Assembly (NCBI GenBank): GCA_023910605.1
Contig: JAAVVV010000001.1
Location: forward strand, 422,698-486,697
Length of the DNA stretch: 64,000 bases
Direction of reading: 5' to 3'
Source: Bosea sp. (in: a-proteobacteria)
GTDB lineage: Bacteria; Pseudomonadota; Alphaproteobacteria; Rhizobiales; Beijerinckiaceae
Made by a program: the position numbers and the translations under genes. The notes under the pieces were generated by a model. The model saw nothing but the letters and a program-made list of their open reading frames with translations. It searched no databases and had not been told where the DNA came from. Position 1 is the stretch's first letter; each line of letters opens with the position of its first letter. Shown here one piece after another: positions 21,650-32,408 of this stretch.

Positions 21650-21803
21650 ACATGTTGGGGCGTATGATGATCCACGTCCCTCGACGGCCTGCACCGAATG
21701 CGGTCTGGACACGTCAGCCCCCCAGCCCCCCAGGGCGTAAGCGGGTCAGGCACCAACGTCCGGGATCTTGGCCGGCCACTTCGGTGGTCGGCCATTTCTT
21801 TTT
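21650..21803 (+). ncRNA. candidate unannotated structured small RNA (5' end approximate)
   Basis: Nested long-range pairings, a + strand UUCG terminator, and TTGACG at 21609-21614; no + strand gene upstream explains the terminator. Confidence 0.45.
21770..21803 (+). terminator. intrinsic terminator oriented for a + strand transcript
   Basis: GGCCGGCCAC-TTCG-GTGGTCGGCC then ATTTCTTTTT; the stem has one G-U pair on + that becomes an A-C mismatch on -. Confidence 0.75.
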
Positions 21804-21813
21804 CAGGCGGCGC

Positions 21814-22443
21814 TCAGCGCGCCATGGCGTGATAGGCGTTGTTGGGGCGCATGTCGGTGGCGGAGGCGAGGCGGTTCGACATGTTGTAGAAGGCCGCCAC
21901 GGAGCCGATGTCCCAGATGTCCCGCTCCGAGAAGCCCGCCTTCCGCAGCGCCTCGCGTTCCGCCTCACCGACGCGGTGCGGCGTGACGGTGAGCATGTCC
22001 GCGAAGTCCAGCATGGTCTGGTGCCGCGGCGAAAGCGCGGCCGTGCGCCAGTTCATCACCAGGAGTTCGCCCAGCGCCGGATCGCCCGAGAGCTGGCGCA
22101 CGGCCGCGCCGTGGGCTGCAAGACAGTAGTAGCAGCGATTGGCCGACGAGACCGCCACCGCGATCATCTCACGCTCCAGCTTCGACAGGCCCGAAGGGGC
22201 CATCATCAGCTCATTGTAAAAGGCCACGAAGGCTTCGAGCTTGGCATTGTCGAAGGCGTGGGCCTTCAGCACATTGGGCACGAAGCCGATCTTCTCCTCG
22301 CACTTGGCAAAATAGGCCTGCATGGCGGGGGACAAGGCGGCCGGCGGCAGGTCGAGCGCCATTGCCGGCCCGTCTATCCCCTGCGGCAGCGGCTTTTCGC
22401 CGGATGTCGGCCTTGACGGCCCTGGCTTGCTGTCATCTGTCAT
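21814..22443 (-). CDS. peroxidase-related enzyme, AhpD/carboxymuconolactone decarboxylase family
   Basis: GFVPNV and EREMIAVAVSSANRCYYCLAAHG (CxxC); FYNMSNR. Confidence 0.9.
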   Translation of the reverse strand: MTDDSKPGPSRPTSGEKPLPQGIDGPAMALDLPPAALSPAMQAYFAKCEEKIGFVPNVLKAHAFDNAKLEAFVAFYNELMMAPSGLSKLEREMIAVAVSSANRCYYCLAAHGAAVRQLSGDPALGELLVMNWRTAALSPRHQTMLDFADMLTVTPHRVGEAEREALRKAGFSERDIWDIGSVAAFYNMSNRLASATDMRPNNAYHAMAR

Positions 22444-22596
22444 GGCTGTTGCCTCCGCTTCACGCTGCCTTGCAACGCCCGGCCCCGTGGGTTGCGAGGC
22501 GGCGGGCATCTGCTACCAAAGTTGCACGCTGCGGGCGCTTGTGCCATCGCTCATGCTACGATTCGGCCCAAAGACGCCGTGGGGGAGACGTTGACC

Positions 22597-25500
22597 ATGG
22601 CACGCAAGCCGCCGGAAGCCGCCGCAACCGCTCCTGAACTGCCCCCCGACGCACTCACGACCTTCACCAATCTGCTCTTCGCCCATGTCGCTGCGGAAGA
22701 CATCGCCTCCTATGACATGGCGGACCTGACACGCTTCGCCCGCGGCGCCTATGAACATCTCGCGGTCCCGCGCCTGCCGCGCGCGACCCGGGTGCGCCTA
22801 CGCGACGACGCCGTGGAGCGGGCGGGCGTCAGGCGCGAGCTGACCATCATCGAGGTGGTGAACGACAACATGCCGTTCCTGCTCGATTCGACCCTGGCGG
22901 AGCTGACCGACCAGGGCATCGAGCCCAATCTTGTCGCTCATCCGATCGTCGCCGTCGCCCGCTCGGCCGATGGCGCGCTCGGCCGCATGGCGGGGGACGC
23001 CTCGGCGCGGGCGCCCGAGGGCACTTTGCGCGAGAGCCTGATTCATATCCACATCGACTGGCTTCCGGACACCGCGACGCGCGAGCGGTTGTGCGCCGGG
23101 CTGGAACGGGTCTATGCCGATGTGCGCGTGGCGGTCGATGACTGGTCGTTGATGCGCATGCGCCTTGGCTCGGCCATGCAGGCCTACCGCAACAACCCTC
23201 CGCCCTTGCCCGATGACGAGCTTGCGGAGGCGATGCGCTTTCTCGACTGGATCAGCGCTGACAACTTCACCTTCCTCGGCATGCGCGAATACAGCTTCGC
23301 CGAGGCCGACGCCTCACCCGACGAGGTCGGCGGCACGGGCCTCGGCATCCTCCGCGATCCCAAGGTCATGGTGCTGCGCCGGGGCCGGGATCTCGTGTCG
23401 ACAACGCCGGAGATTCGCGCCTTCCTCAACCGGCCCCAGGCGCTCATCATCACCAAGGCCAATGTGAAGAGCAGGGTGCACCGGCGCGTCCACCTCGATT
23501 ATGTCGGGGTCAAGCTCTTCACGCCGGATGGCCGCCTCGCCGGCGAGTTGCGCATCGTGGGTCTGCTGACCTCCTCGGCCTATACCGGCACCGCGGCCTC
23601 CGTTCCCTACCTCAGGCTCAAGGTCGCCCAGGTGGCCAGGCTCGCCGGCTTCGATCAGGCCAGCTATTCGGGACGTTCCTTGATGAACGTGCTCGATTCC
23701 TATCCGCGCGACGAGCTGTTCCAGATCAGCGTGGAGACGCTTCACCGCTTCGCGCTCGAGATCCTGCTGCTCACCGAGCGTCCGCGCATCAGGGCGCTTG
23801 CCCGCATCGACGAATTCGACCGCTTCGTCTCCGTGCTCGTCTACATCCCGAAGGATCGCTACGACACCGCCGTGCGCCGCCGGGTCGGGGAATTCCTCGC
23901 CCGCGTCTTCGCCGGCCGTGTCTCTGCGGCCTATCCGACCTATCCCGAGGGACCGCTCGCCCGCACCCACTTCATCATCGGCCGCGATGGCGGCGAGACG
24001 CCGCGCGTCGACCGCGCCACGCTCGAGACCGGCATCAACGCCATTGTCCGCACCTGGGCCGATGGGCTCAAGGATGCGCTCGCCATGGCCAGGGGCAGCC
24101 TCAGGGCGCGCCATTCCGCCGAGCGCTATGCCGATGCCTTCGGCGCGGCCTATCGCGAGGCCTTTTCGGCCGCGCAGGCGATCGAGGACATCGCCATTCT
24201 CGACACGCTGTCCGACGACAAGCCGAGGGCTGTCGACTTCTACCGGCGCGAGGGCGATCCGGGCTCGCGCGTGAACCTCAAGGTCTTCACCCGCGCGGCG
24301 CCCATGCCGCTCTCGCAGCGCGTGCCGATGCTGGAGAACATGGGCTTCACCGTCGTCAACGAACGCACCTACCGCATCGTGCCGGCAGGCGTCGGCGCCA
24401 ATGAGCGCATCTGGCTCCATGACATGGCGCTTGAGCGCTCCGCTGGCGGCGACATCGACATCGAGACGGCCGAGCCCGCCATCGAGGCGGCGCTGATGGC
24501 CCAGTTCAGGGGCCTCACCGAATCGGACCGCTTCGACGCGCTGGTGCTCGAGGCCGGGTTGGCCTGGCGCGAAGCGTCGCTGATGCGGGCGCTGGCGCGC
24601 TACCTGCAGCAGGCCGGCGTGCCATACGGGCAGGATTACCTCGCCAACACGCTGGCGCGGCACAAGCAGATCGCCGCGACGCTGGCGCAGAGCTTCCACA
24701 ACCGCTTCGACCCACGGATCGGGGCCGCAGCGCGCGAAGCGGCGGCTGGCGAACTCGACGCCCGGCTCGAGGCGCAGCTTGCCTCCGTCACCAGCCTCGA
24801 TGATGACCGGATCTTGCGCCGCTTCGCCAATCTGATCGCTGCGGCCGTCAGGACCAACTTCTTCCAGATCGGCCCTGATGGCTTCAGCCGCCCCGTCATC
24901 GCGTTCAAGTTCGACAGCGGACGGCTCGAGGGCCTGCCCGCGCCGCGCCCGCTTTACGAGATCTTCGTCTATTCGCCCCGCGTCGAGGGCGTTCACCTGC
25001 GCTTCGGCAAGGTGGCGCGCGGCGGCCTGCGCTGGTCGGACCGGCCGCAGGATTTCCGCACCGAGGTGCTGGGCCTTGTGAAGGCGCAGCAGGTCAAGAA
25101 TGCCGTGATCGTGCCGGTCGGCGCCAAGGGCGGCTTCGTGCCCAAGCAGTTGCCGCCCGCCTCCGATCGCGCCGCCTGGTTCGCGGAAGGCACCGAGAGC
25201 TACCGCATCTTTGTGCGCACGCTTCTGGAGCTGACCGACAATCTCGATGGCGAGCGCATCGTGCCCCCGGCCAATACCGTCAGGCATGATGGCGACGACC
25301 CCTATCTCGTCGTGGCGGCCGACAAGGGCACGGCCACCTTCTCCGACACCGCCAACGCCCTTTCCGCCGAGAAGGGCCACTGGCTGGGCGACGCTTTCGC
25401 CTCCGGCGGCAGCCAGGGCTACGACCACAAGAAGATGGGCATCACCGCCCGCGGCGCCTGGGAAGCCGTCAAGCGCCATTTCCGCGAAATGGACCACGAC

Positions 25501-27408
25501 ATCCAGACCGCGCCCTTCACCGTGGCGGGCGTCGGCGACATGTCCGGGGACGTGTTCGGCAACGGCATGCTCCTGTCGCCGGTCATCGAGCTGGTCGCCG
25601 CCTTTGACCACCGCGACATCTTCCTCGATCCGGCGCCAGACCTGGCCGCCAGCTTCCGGGAGCGCGAACGGCTTTTCGCCCTGCCCCGCTCGAGCTGGCA
25701 GGATTATGACAAGAGCCTGATCTCGGACGGAGGCGGCGTCTTCCCTCGCACCGCCAAGTCGATTCCCCTCACGGCGCGGGTGCGCGCGCTGCTTGACCTC
25801 GACAAGGCTGAGGCGACCCCGCAGGAGGTGATGCAGGCGATCCTGAAGGCGCGGGTGGACATGCTCTGGTTCGGCGGCATCGGCACCTATGTCCGCGCCT
25901 CCACCGAGACCGACGCCGAGGTGGGCGACCGCGCCAATGACGCCATCCGCATCACGGGCCTCGACCTCCGCGCCAAGGTGATTGGCGAAGGCGCGAACCT
26001 TGGCGCGACCCAGCGCGGGCGCATCGAGGCGGCCCGCGCTGGGGTCAGGCTCAACACCGACGCCATCGACAACTCGGCCGGCGTCAACACCTCCGACGTC
26101 GAGGTCAACATCAAGATCGCGCTCACGGCCCCCGAGCGCGATGGCCGCCTGGCTGAGGCCGCCCGCAACGCGCTGCTCGCCGACATGACCGGCGAGGTCG
26201 CCGCGCTCGTGCTGCGCAACAACTACCTTCAGTCGCTCGCCGTTTCGCTGGCTGAGCGACGGGGCGCAGCCGAACTGTCCCTGGCCCGCACCCAGATGCG
26301 CCGGCTCGAGCGTGAGGGCCGCCTCGACCGGGCTGTCGAGCATCTGCCGAGCGATGCCGTGCTGGCTGCGCGGGACACGCGCGGCGAGGGCATGACCCGC
26401 CCCGAGCTTGCCGTGCTGCTCGCCTACGCCAAGCTCACCCTGTATGACGACCTTCTGGCGAGCTCGCTGCCGGAAGAGCCCTATCTGGCGGCAGAACTCA
26501 CCCGCTATTTCCCGACTGCGCTGCGCGAGCGCTTCCCCGACGCGCTGCAGAACCATCGACTGCGCCGCGAGATCATCTCAACCCAGCTTGCCAATGCGGT
26601 GATCAACCGCGGCGGCGCCGGCGTGGCCGCACGCCTGGCCGAAGAGACGGGCGCCGACGCGGCAGCGATCGCCCGCGCCTATGTGCTGGCGCGCGACGCC
26701 TTCGGCCTGCTCGACCTCAACCTCGCCATCGACTCGCTCGACTCCCGTCTGCCCGGCGCAAGCCAGCTTGCGCTTTATGGCGCCGTTCAGGAGACGCTTG
26801 TCGCCCGCATGGTCTGGTTCCTGCGGAACGCCGATGTCTCGCGCCCGCTCGACGAGCAGATCGCCCGCTTCGGCGCCGGCGTCGCGGCGATCTCCGCAGC
26901 CGGCGCCACGCTCGTCGGCTCGGCGCAGGAGCGTCAGGGGCGGGTCGACGCGCTGGCGGCGCTCGGCGTCCCGGCAGAGCTGGCCGGCCGCATCGTGGAC
27001 CTGCCTGCCCTCCAGGCCGCGCCCGATGGCGTGCTGATCGCCGAGCTCAGCGGCGCGAGCGTCGCCGATGGCGTCGCCACGCTCTTCGCTGCGGCGGATG
27101 CATTGGGGGCGGACCGGCTGCGGCAGGCGGGCGCGGCCCTCAAGGCGACCGATCGCTTCGAGCGTCTGGCGATCGACCGCGCGCTGGAGCGCTGCGATCT
27201 GGCGCTGCGGGCGATTTCGGTCGCGGTCATCCGCAGCCATGGCGGCGGCGGCGAGGCCCTCCGCGCCTGGACGGCGAGCCGTCCGCGCGAGGCGGCGAAG
27301 CTTCGGGCCATGCTCGACGAACTCATCGACACCGGCATGACCGCATCCAAGCTCGCCGTAGGCGCCAGCCTGATGGACGACATGGCGCGGGCGAGCCAGC
27401 CGCTGTGA
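22597..27408 (+). CDS. gdhB: large NAD-specific glutamate dehydrogenase
   Basis: About 1600 aa; VARGGLRWSDR, VKNAVIVPVGAKGGF, DDPYLVVAADKGTATFSD, GVGDMSGDVFGNG and GEGANLG. Confidence 0.96.
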   Translation: MARKPPEAAATAPELPPDALTTFTNLLFAHVAAEDIASYDMADLTRFARGAYEHLAVPRLPRATRVRLRDDAVERAGVRRELTIIEVVNDNMPFLLDSTLAELTDQGIEPNLVAHPIVAVARSADGALGRMAGDASARAPEGTLRESLIHIHIDWLPDTATRERLCAGLERVYADVRVAVDDWSLMRMRLGSAMQAYRNNPPPLPDDELAEAMRFLDWISADNFTFLGMREYSFAEADASPDEVGGTGLGILRDPKVMVLRRGRDLVSTTPEIRAFLNRPQALIITKANVKSRVHRRVHLDYVGVKLFTPDGRLAGELRIVGLLTSSAYTGTAASVPYLRLKVAQVARLAGFDQASYSGRSLMNVLDSYPRDELFQISVETLHRFALEILLLTERPRIRALARIDEFDRFVSVLVYIPKDRYDTAVRRRVGEFLARVFAGRVSAAYPTYPEGPLARTHFIIGRDGGETPRVDRATLETGINAIVRTWADGLKDALAMARGSLRARHSAERYADAFGAAYREAFSAAQAIEDIAILDTLSDDKPRAVDFYRREGDPGSRVNLKVFTRAAPMPLSQRVPMLENMGFTVVNERTYRIVPAGVGANERIWLHDMALERSAGGDIDIETAEPAIEAALMAQFRGLTESDRFDALVLEAGLAWREASLMRALARYLQQAGVPYGQDYLANTLARHKQIAATLAQSFHNRFDPRIGAAAREAAAGELDARLEAQLASVTSLDDDRILRRFANLIAAAVRTNFFQIGPDGFSRPVIAFKFDSGRLEGLPAPRPLYEIFVYSPRVEGVHLRFGKVARGGLRWSDRPQDFRTEVLGLVKAQQVKNAVIVPVGAKGGFVPKQLPPASDRAAWFAEGTESYRIFVRTLLELTDNLDGERIVPPANTVRHDGDDPYLVVAADKGTATFSDTANALSAEKGHWLGDAFASGGSQGYDHKKMGITARGAWEAVKRHFREMDHDIQTAPFTVAGVGDMSGDVFGNGMLLSPVIELVAAFDHRDIFLDPAPDLAASFRERERLFALPRSSWQDYDKSLISDGGGVFPRTAKSIPLTARVRALLDLDKAEATPQEVMQAILKARVDMLWFGGIGTYVRASTETDAEVGDRANDAIRITGLDLRAKVIGEGANLGATQRGRIEAARAGVRLNTDAIDNSAGVNTSDVEVNIKIALTAPERDGRLAEAARNALLADMTGEVAALVLRNNYLQSLAVSLAERRGAAELSLARTQMRRLEREGRLDRAVEHLPSDAVLAARDTRGEGMTRPELAVLLAYAKLTLYDDLLASSLPEEPYLAAELTRYFPTALRERFPDALQNHRLRREIISTQLANAVINRGGAGVAARLAEETGADAAAIARAYVLARDAFGLLDLNLAIDSLDSRLPGASQLALYGAVQETLVARMVWFLRNADVSRPLDEQIARFGAGVAAISAAGATLVGSAQERQGRVDALAALGVPAELAGRIVDLPALQAAPDGVLIAELSGASVADGVATLFAAADALGADRLRQAGAALKATDRFERLAIDRALERCDLALRAISVAVIRSHGGGGEALRAWTASRPREAAKLRAMLDELIDTGMTASKLAVGASLMDDMARASQPL

Positions 27409-27531
27409 AGCCACGGCCCGCTTGGCAATGGCGCTGGCGCCGCCCCTGCCTGCTGGGATAGACAAACAGTCTATCCGGACAGCCCGCGGCCCGCGCCGCG
27501 CGACGCGTCACACATGCGAGGGACAAGCGCC

Positions 27532-27741
27532 ATGGCGAGCGAGACCAACGATGCGGCCCCCAGCCCCGTGATGAAGGTGGACCCCAAGCTTCTCGAACTG
27601 CTGGTCTGCCCCGTGACCAAGAGCACGCTGCGCTACGACGCGGCGCGGCAGGAGCTCATTTCCGACGCCGCGAAGCTGGCCTACCCGATCCGCGACGGCA
27701 TCCCGATCATGCTGCCCGAAGAAGCCCGCGTCATCGATTGA
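27532..27741 (+). CDS. Trm112/YcaR family protein
   Basis: [19 protein letters not shown]...ELIS....[12 protein letters not shown]. Confidence 0.92.
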   Translation: MASETNDAAPSPVMKVDPKLLELLVCPVTKSTLRYDAARQELISDAAKLAYPIRDGIPIMLPEEARVID

Positions 27742-27753
27742 AGGACGCCGCCT

Positions 27754-29028
27754 TCACAGCGCTTCGCCGCGCAGAAGCCGCGGCTGCGACGCCCCGGAGC
27801 CTGCCGCCTGCCGGATGAAGGCGCTCTTGAGCCCGGGCATGCGGTCGACCAGCCCCATGCCGAGGTCGCGCGCCAGGCGGATCGGCGTGACGTCATTGGA
27901 GAACAGGCGGTTCAGCCCATCTGTGACCACGCCCATGGCAAGCGTGTCGTGCCGCCGCGCCGTCTCGTAGGGCTTCAGCGCCTCGGCCGAGCCGATGTCG
28001 AGACCGAGGCGCGCGGCCTCGACCACGGCCTCCGCGAGCGCTGCGACATCCTTGAGACCCAGATTGAGCCCCTGGCCGGCGATCGGATGGATGAGATGGG
28101 CCGCATCCCCCGCCAGCGCGAGCCGCCGCGCCACGAAGCGGCGGGCCATGCCATAGGCCAGCGGATAGGCCTTTGGCGGCGAGGCCATGCGGATCGGGCC
28201 CAGCTGCAGGCCGAAGCGACTTTCCAGCTCCTCCATCAGATCCTCCGGCGCGAGCGCGAGCAGCGCCGCCACATCGGCCGTGGCCTCGGTCCAGACGATC
28301 GAGGACTGGAAGCCGCCATCGGCGGCGTCAGGCAGAGGCAGCATCGCGAACGGCCCCGCCGGCAGGAAATGCTCCACCGCCCGGCCTTGATGATCGCGTT
28401 CATGCCCGATCGTCGCGACAATGCCGGACTGATGATAATCCCAGCCCACCCAGCCGATTCCGGCCGCCTCGCGCAGGCGCGAGCGGGCGCCGTCGGCCGC
28501 CACCGCGAGCGCGGCGCCGATCTCCTCCCCGCCGGCGAAGCGCACGCTGGCGCGGTGAAGATCGGCATCGACCGTGCGCACGGCCTCGGGCCGCATCACC
28601 ACGCCCGCCGCGATGCAGGCTTCCGCCAGCACGCGGTCGATGGTGCGCGCCCACACCATGTGGGCGAAGGGCTCGTGGCCGTCGGCGGCCTCGCGCGCGG
28701 CGAAGGTCAGGTAGACCGGCCGCACCACATCGCGCGTGCGGCTGTCGGTGATGATCATCTCGGTGATCGGCTCCGCCCCGGCCGCCATCGCCTCCCACAC
28801 GCCCAGCGCCCCGAACATGCGTCGCCCGGCGGCCGAGATCGCATAGGCCCTGCCGTCGGTGCGCGGCGGGTCGGCCAGGATCGGGTCGGCCAGGATCGGG
28901 TCGGCCAGGATCGGGTCGGCGAGGATCGGGTCGGCCACCAGCACCTCATGGGAGCGACCCAGACCCTGCTTCAGCGCGAGCGCAAGGCTGAGGCCCGCGA
29001 GCCCGGCGCCGGCGATGATGATTCGCAT
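27754..29028 (-). CDS. ubiquinone biosynthesis FAD-dependent hydroxylase (UbiH/UbiL family)
   Basis: GAGLAG, AADGARSRLR, GDAAHLIHPIAGQGLNLG; start MRIIIAG at 29028. Confidence 0.9.
   Translation of the reverse strand: MRIIIAGAGLAGLSLALALKQGLGRSHEVLVADPILADPILADPILADPILADPPRTDGRAYAISAAGRRMFGALGVWEAMAAGAEPITEMIITDSRTRDVVRPVYLTFAAREAADGHEPFAHMVWARTIDRVLAEACIAAGVVMRPEAVRTVDADLHRASVRFAGGEEIGAALAVAADGARSRLREAAGIGWVGWDYHQSGIVATIGHERDHQGRAVEHFLPAGPFAMLPLPDAADGGFQSSIVWTEATADVAALLALAPEDLMEELESRFGLQLGPIRMASPPKAYPLAYGMARRFVARRLALAGDAAHLIHPIAGQGLNLGLKDVAALAEAVVEAARLGLDIGSAEALKPYETARRHDTLAMGVVTDGLNRLFSNDVTPIRLARDLGMGLVDRMPGLKSAFIRQAAGSGASQPRLLRGEAL
28868..28937. repeat. in-frame 15-bp tandem repeat (GGGTCGGCCAGGATC, about 4.7 copies) encoding (ADPIL)4
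   Basis: Three perfect units plus one with a single substitution plus a partial unit, read directly. Confidence 0.97.
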
Positions 29029-29164
29029 GGACACGGTTTCATTCCTCCGCCCCGGCTGTTGGCCCATCCCGGGTCCGCAAGCCTGATCGCTTCTGTGTGA
29101 ACCGCGCCGATGGCCTTGACAAGCCGGCGGCCCGGCGGCCGATTGTCCCCTCAAGGAGACCCCC

Positions 29165-30031
29165 ATGGCCCGCGCCGTCGACGCCCTGCTCGATACCCTC
29201 GATCTCGAGCCGCTGGAGCACAACCTTTTCCGAGGCCGCAGCCCGCAGGTGGGCTGGCAGCGCGTCTTCGGCGGCCAGGTCATCGGCCAGGCCCTGGTCG
29301 CCGCCTGCCGGACGGTCGAGGACCGCAAGCCCCATTCGCTGCACGCCTACTTCCTGCTGCCGGGCGACCCCAGGGTCCCGATCATCTACGAGGTGGACCG
29401 TATCCGTGATGGCCGCTCCTTCGCCACGCGCCGCGTGGTCGCGATCCAGCATGGCGAGGCCATCTTCTCGATGTCGGCCTCCTTTCATGCCGAGGAGCCC
29501 GGCCTGGACCACCAGATGCCGATGCCGGATGTGCCCATGCCGGAGGATCTGCCCGACGATGCCGAGGTCCGGGCCACCATCCTGCCCCGGATGCCCGCGC
29601 CGGTGCGGGCCTATTTCGAGCGCGAGCGGCCCATCGAGCTGAGGCCTGTCGAGTTTTCGCGCTACGCCACCCGCACGCCGATGGAGCCCCGCTTCCAGGC
29701 CTGGATCAGGGCGACCCGTCGCCTTCCCGATGATCCCGTGCTGCACCAGTGCGTGCTCGCCTACGCCTCCGACATGACGCTGCTGGACGCATCCCTCATT
29801 CCCCATGGTCGCAGCGTCTTCGAGCGTGGCATCCAGGCCGCCAGCCTTGACCATGCGCTGTGGTTCCATCGTCCTTTCCGCGCCGATGAATGGCTGCTCT
29901 ACGCCCAGGACAGCCCGTCGACCTCCGGCGCGCGCGGTTTCGCGCGCGGGCTGATCTACGACCAGAAAGGCCGTCTCGTGGCCTCGGTTGCCCAAGAAGG
30001 ACTCATCCGGCCGCGCCCCGACCGCGACTGA
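29165..30031 (+). CDS. tesB: acyl-CoA thioesterase II
   Basis: RVFGGQVIGQAL, HSLHAYFL, YASDMTLL, ASLDHALWFH and AQEGLIR. Confidence 0.95.
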   Translation: MARAVDALLDTLDLEPLEHNLFRGRSPQVGWQRVFGGQVIGQALVAACRTVEDRKPHSLHAYFLLPGDPRVPIIYEVDRIRDGRSFATRRVVAIQHGEAIFSMSASFHAEEPGLDHQMPMPDVPMPEDLPDDAEVRATILPRMPAPVRAYFERERPIELRPVEFSRYATRTPMEPRFQAWIRATRRLPDDPVLHQCVLAYASDMTLLDASLIPHGRSVFERGIQAASLDHALWFHRPFRADEWLLYAQDSPSTSGARGFARGLIYDQKGRLVASVAQEGLIRPRPDRD

Positions 30032-30042
30032 GCGCGGCTGTC

Positions 30043-30078
30043 TGCACAATTTCCGGGCAACGGCAGCATTCTTGGGCA
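30043..30078. promoter_or_regulatory. two putative NtrC binding sites
   Basis: TGCACAATTTCCGGGCA (30043-30059) and GGCAGCATTCTTGGGCA (30062-30078) fit the 17-bp TGC-N11-GCA pattern, about 105-140 bp upstream of a sigma54 promoter. Confidence 0.6.
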
Positions 30079-30182
30079 CCCGGTTCTTTGTCGCCACGCA
30101 CAACTGCGGACGAAGTGCTGCGTGCCCCGCCTGCGCGTCCTTTCTGCTGCCTGAAAGCGGCTTGTCCCCGTCCCCGCGCCAT

Positions 30183-30198
30183 TGGCACGCTCCTTGAT
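30183..30198 (+). promoter_or_regulatory. sigma54 -24/-12 promoter of glnK-amtB
   Basis: TGGCACGCTCCTTGAT is GG-N10-GA, a -12 C-to-A variant of TGGCACG-N4-TTGC. Confidence 0.7.
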
Positions 30199-30298
30199 AG
30201 CGTTGCTCACGAGGCGCGTGGATCGCGCGCTGGCCAGCAATCGACCGCAGCTCGTGACGACAACGCGGCAGCGGCAAACAGACGGGGTGCGAAGCAAC

Positions 30299-30637
30299 AT
30301 GAAAATCGTGATGGCCATCATCAAGCCATTCAAGCTCGAGGAGGTCCGCGACGCGCTGACCTCGCTGGGCGTGCACGGCCTGACCGTGACCGAGGTCAAG
30401 GGCTACGGCCGCCAGAAGGGTCACACCGAGATCTATCGCGGCGCCGAATATGCGGTGAGCTTCCTGCCGAAGATCAAGATCGAGGTGGCCGTGGCCAATG
30501 ATCTGGTCGGCAAGGTGATCGACGCGATCACCGGCGCAGCCCGCACCGGACAGATCGGCGACGGCAAGATCTTTGTCTCATCCATCGAGCGTGCCGTCCG
30601 CATCCGCACCGGCGAAACCGATCAGGACGCGCTCTGA
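30299..30637 (+). CDS. glnK: P-II nitrogen regulatory protein
   Basis: 112 aa; GYGRQKGHTEIYRGAEY T-loop and TGQIGDGKIF; upstream of amtB. Confidence 0.96.
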   Translation: MKIVMAIIKPFKLEEVRDALTSLGVHGLTVTEVKGYGRQKGHTEIYRGAEYAVSFLPKIKIEVAVANDLVGKVIDAITGAARTGQIGDGKIFVSSIERAVRIRTGETDQDAL

Positions 30638-30669
30638 GCGCAGCTGCCCATTTTTCGGAGACCAACCCC

Positions 30670-32154
<1,485 letters not shown>

Positions 32155-32183
32155 TCCAGCGCCGTCCCGATTGATCGGCCTTC

Positions 32184-32212
32184 ACCCCGGCGCCTCCAGC
32201 GCCGGGGTTTTT
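32184..32212 (+). terminator. intrinsic terminator after amtB
   Basis: ACCCCGGCGC-CTCCA-GCGCCGGGGT followed by TTTT. Confidence 0.88.
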
Positions 32213-32294
32213 CGTCGAGCCCGGGGCTGTCCGGCTGGCTGCGGCCTTCTGGCCTGGCGGCTTTCGCACTTCGCGGCTGGCAAGACGCACAAGG

Positions 32295-32310
32295 TTAAGC
32301 GCGCCTTAAC
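32295..32310. promoter_or_regulatory. CtrA binding box upstream of ftsK
   Basis: Perfect TTAA-GCGCGCC-TTAAC (TTAA-N7-TTAAC), about 100 bp before the ftsK start. Confidence 0.8.
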
Positions 32311-32408
32311 CGGGCGCTGGCTAATCTTTGCGATGATGGCGCGTCCGAGGCGGGCGCCGCCAGCTCATCGGCCACGATCGATGGCTCGAGGACGGGCTTG
32401 ACGACACC

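Noticed and set aside
21474-21740. 88-aa + strand ORF in the DUF2794/ahpD-like spacer
   Set aside because: TTG start, no RBS and no recognisable motif; the structured-RNA reading explains the region better, though a small protein is not excluded.
22528-22548. Possible sigma54 promoter (TGGCAC on the - strand) in the ahpD-like/gdhB spacer
   Set aside because: The GG-to-GC spacing is 11 rather than the obligatory 10.
23314-26556. 1080-aa antisense ORF over gdhB
   Set aside because: It lies wholly antisense to a well-supported gene and has no recognisable motifs; long stop-free antisense frames are expected from high-GC codon bias.
28868-28937. Repeat arrays as possible CRISPR (also 3174-3211 and 44161-44205)
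   Set aside because: The units are directly adjacent with no spacers, are only 13-15 bp long, and no cas genes are present.
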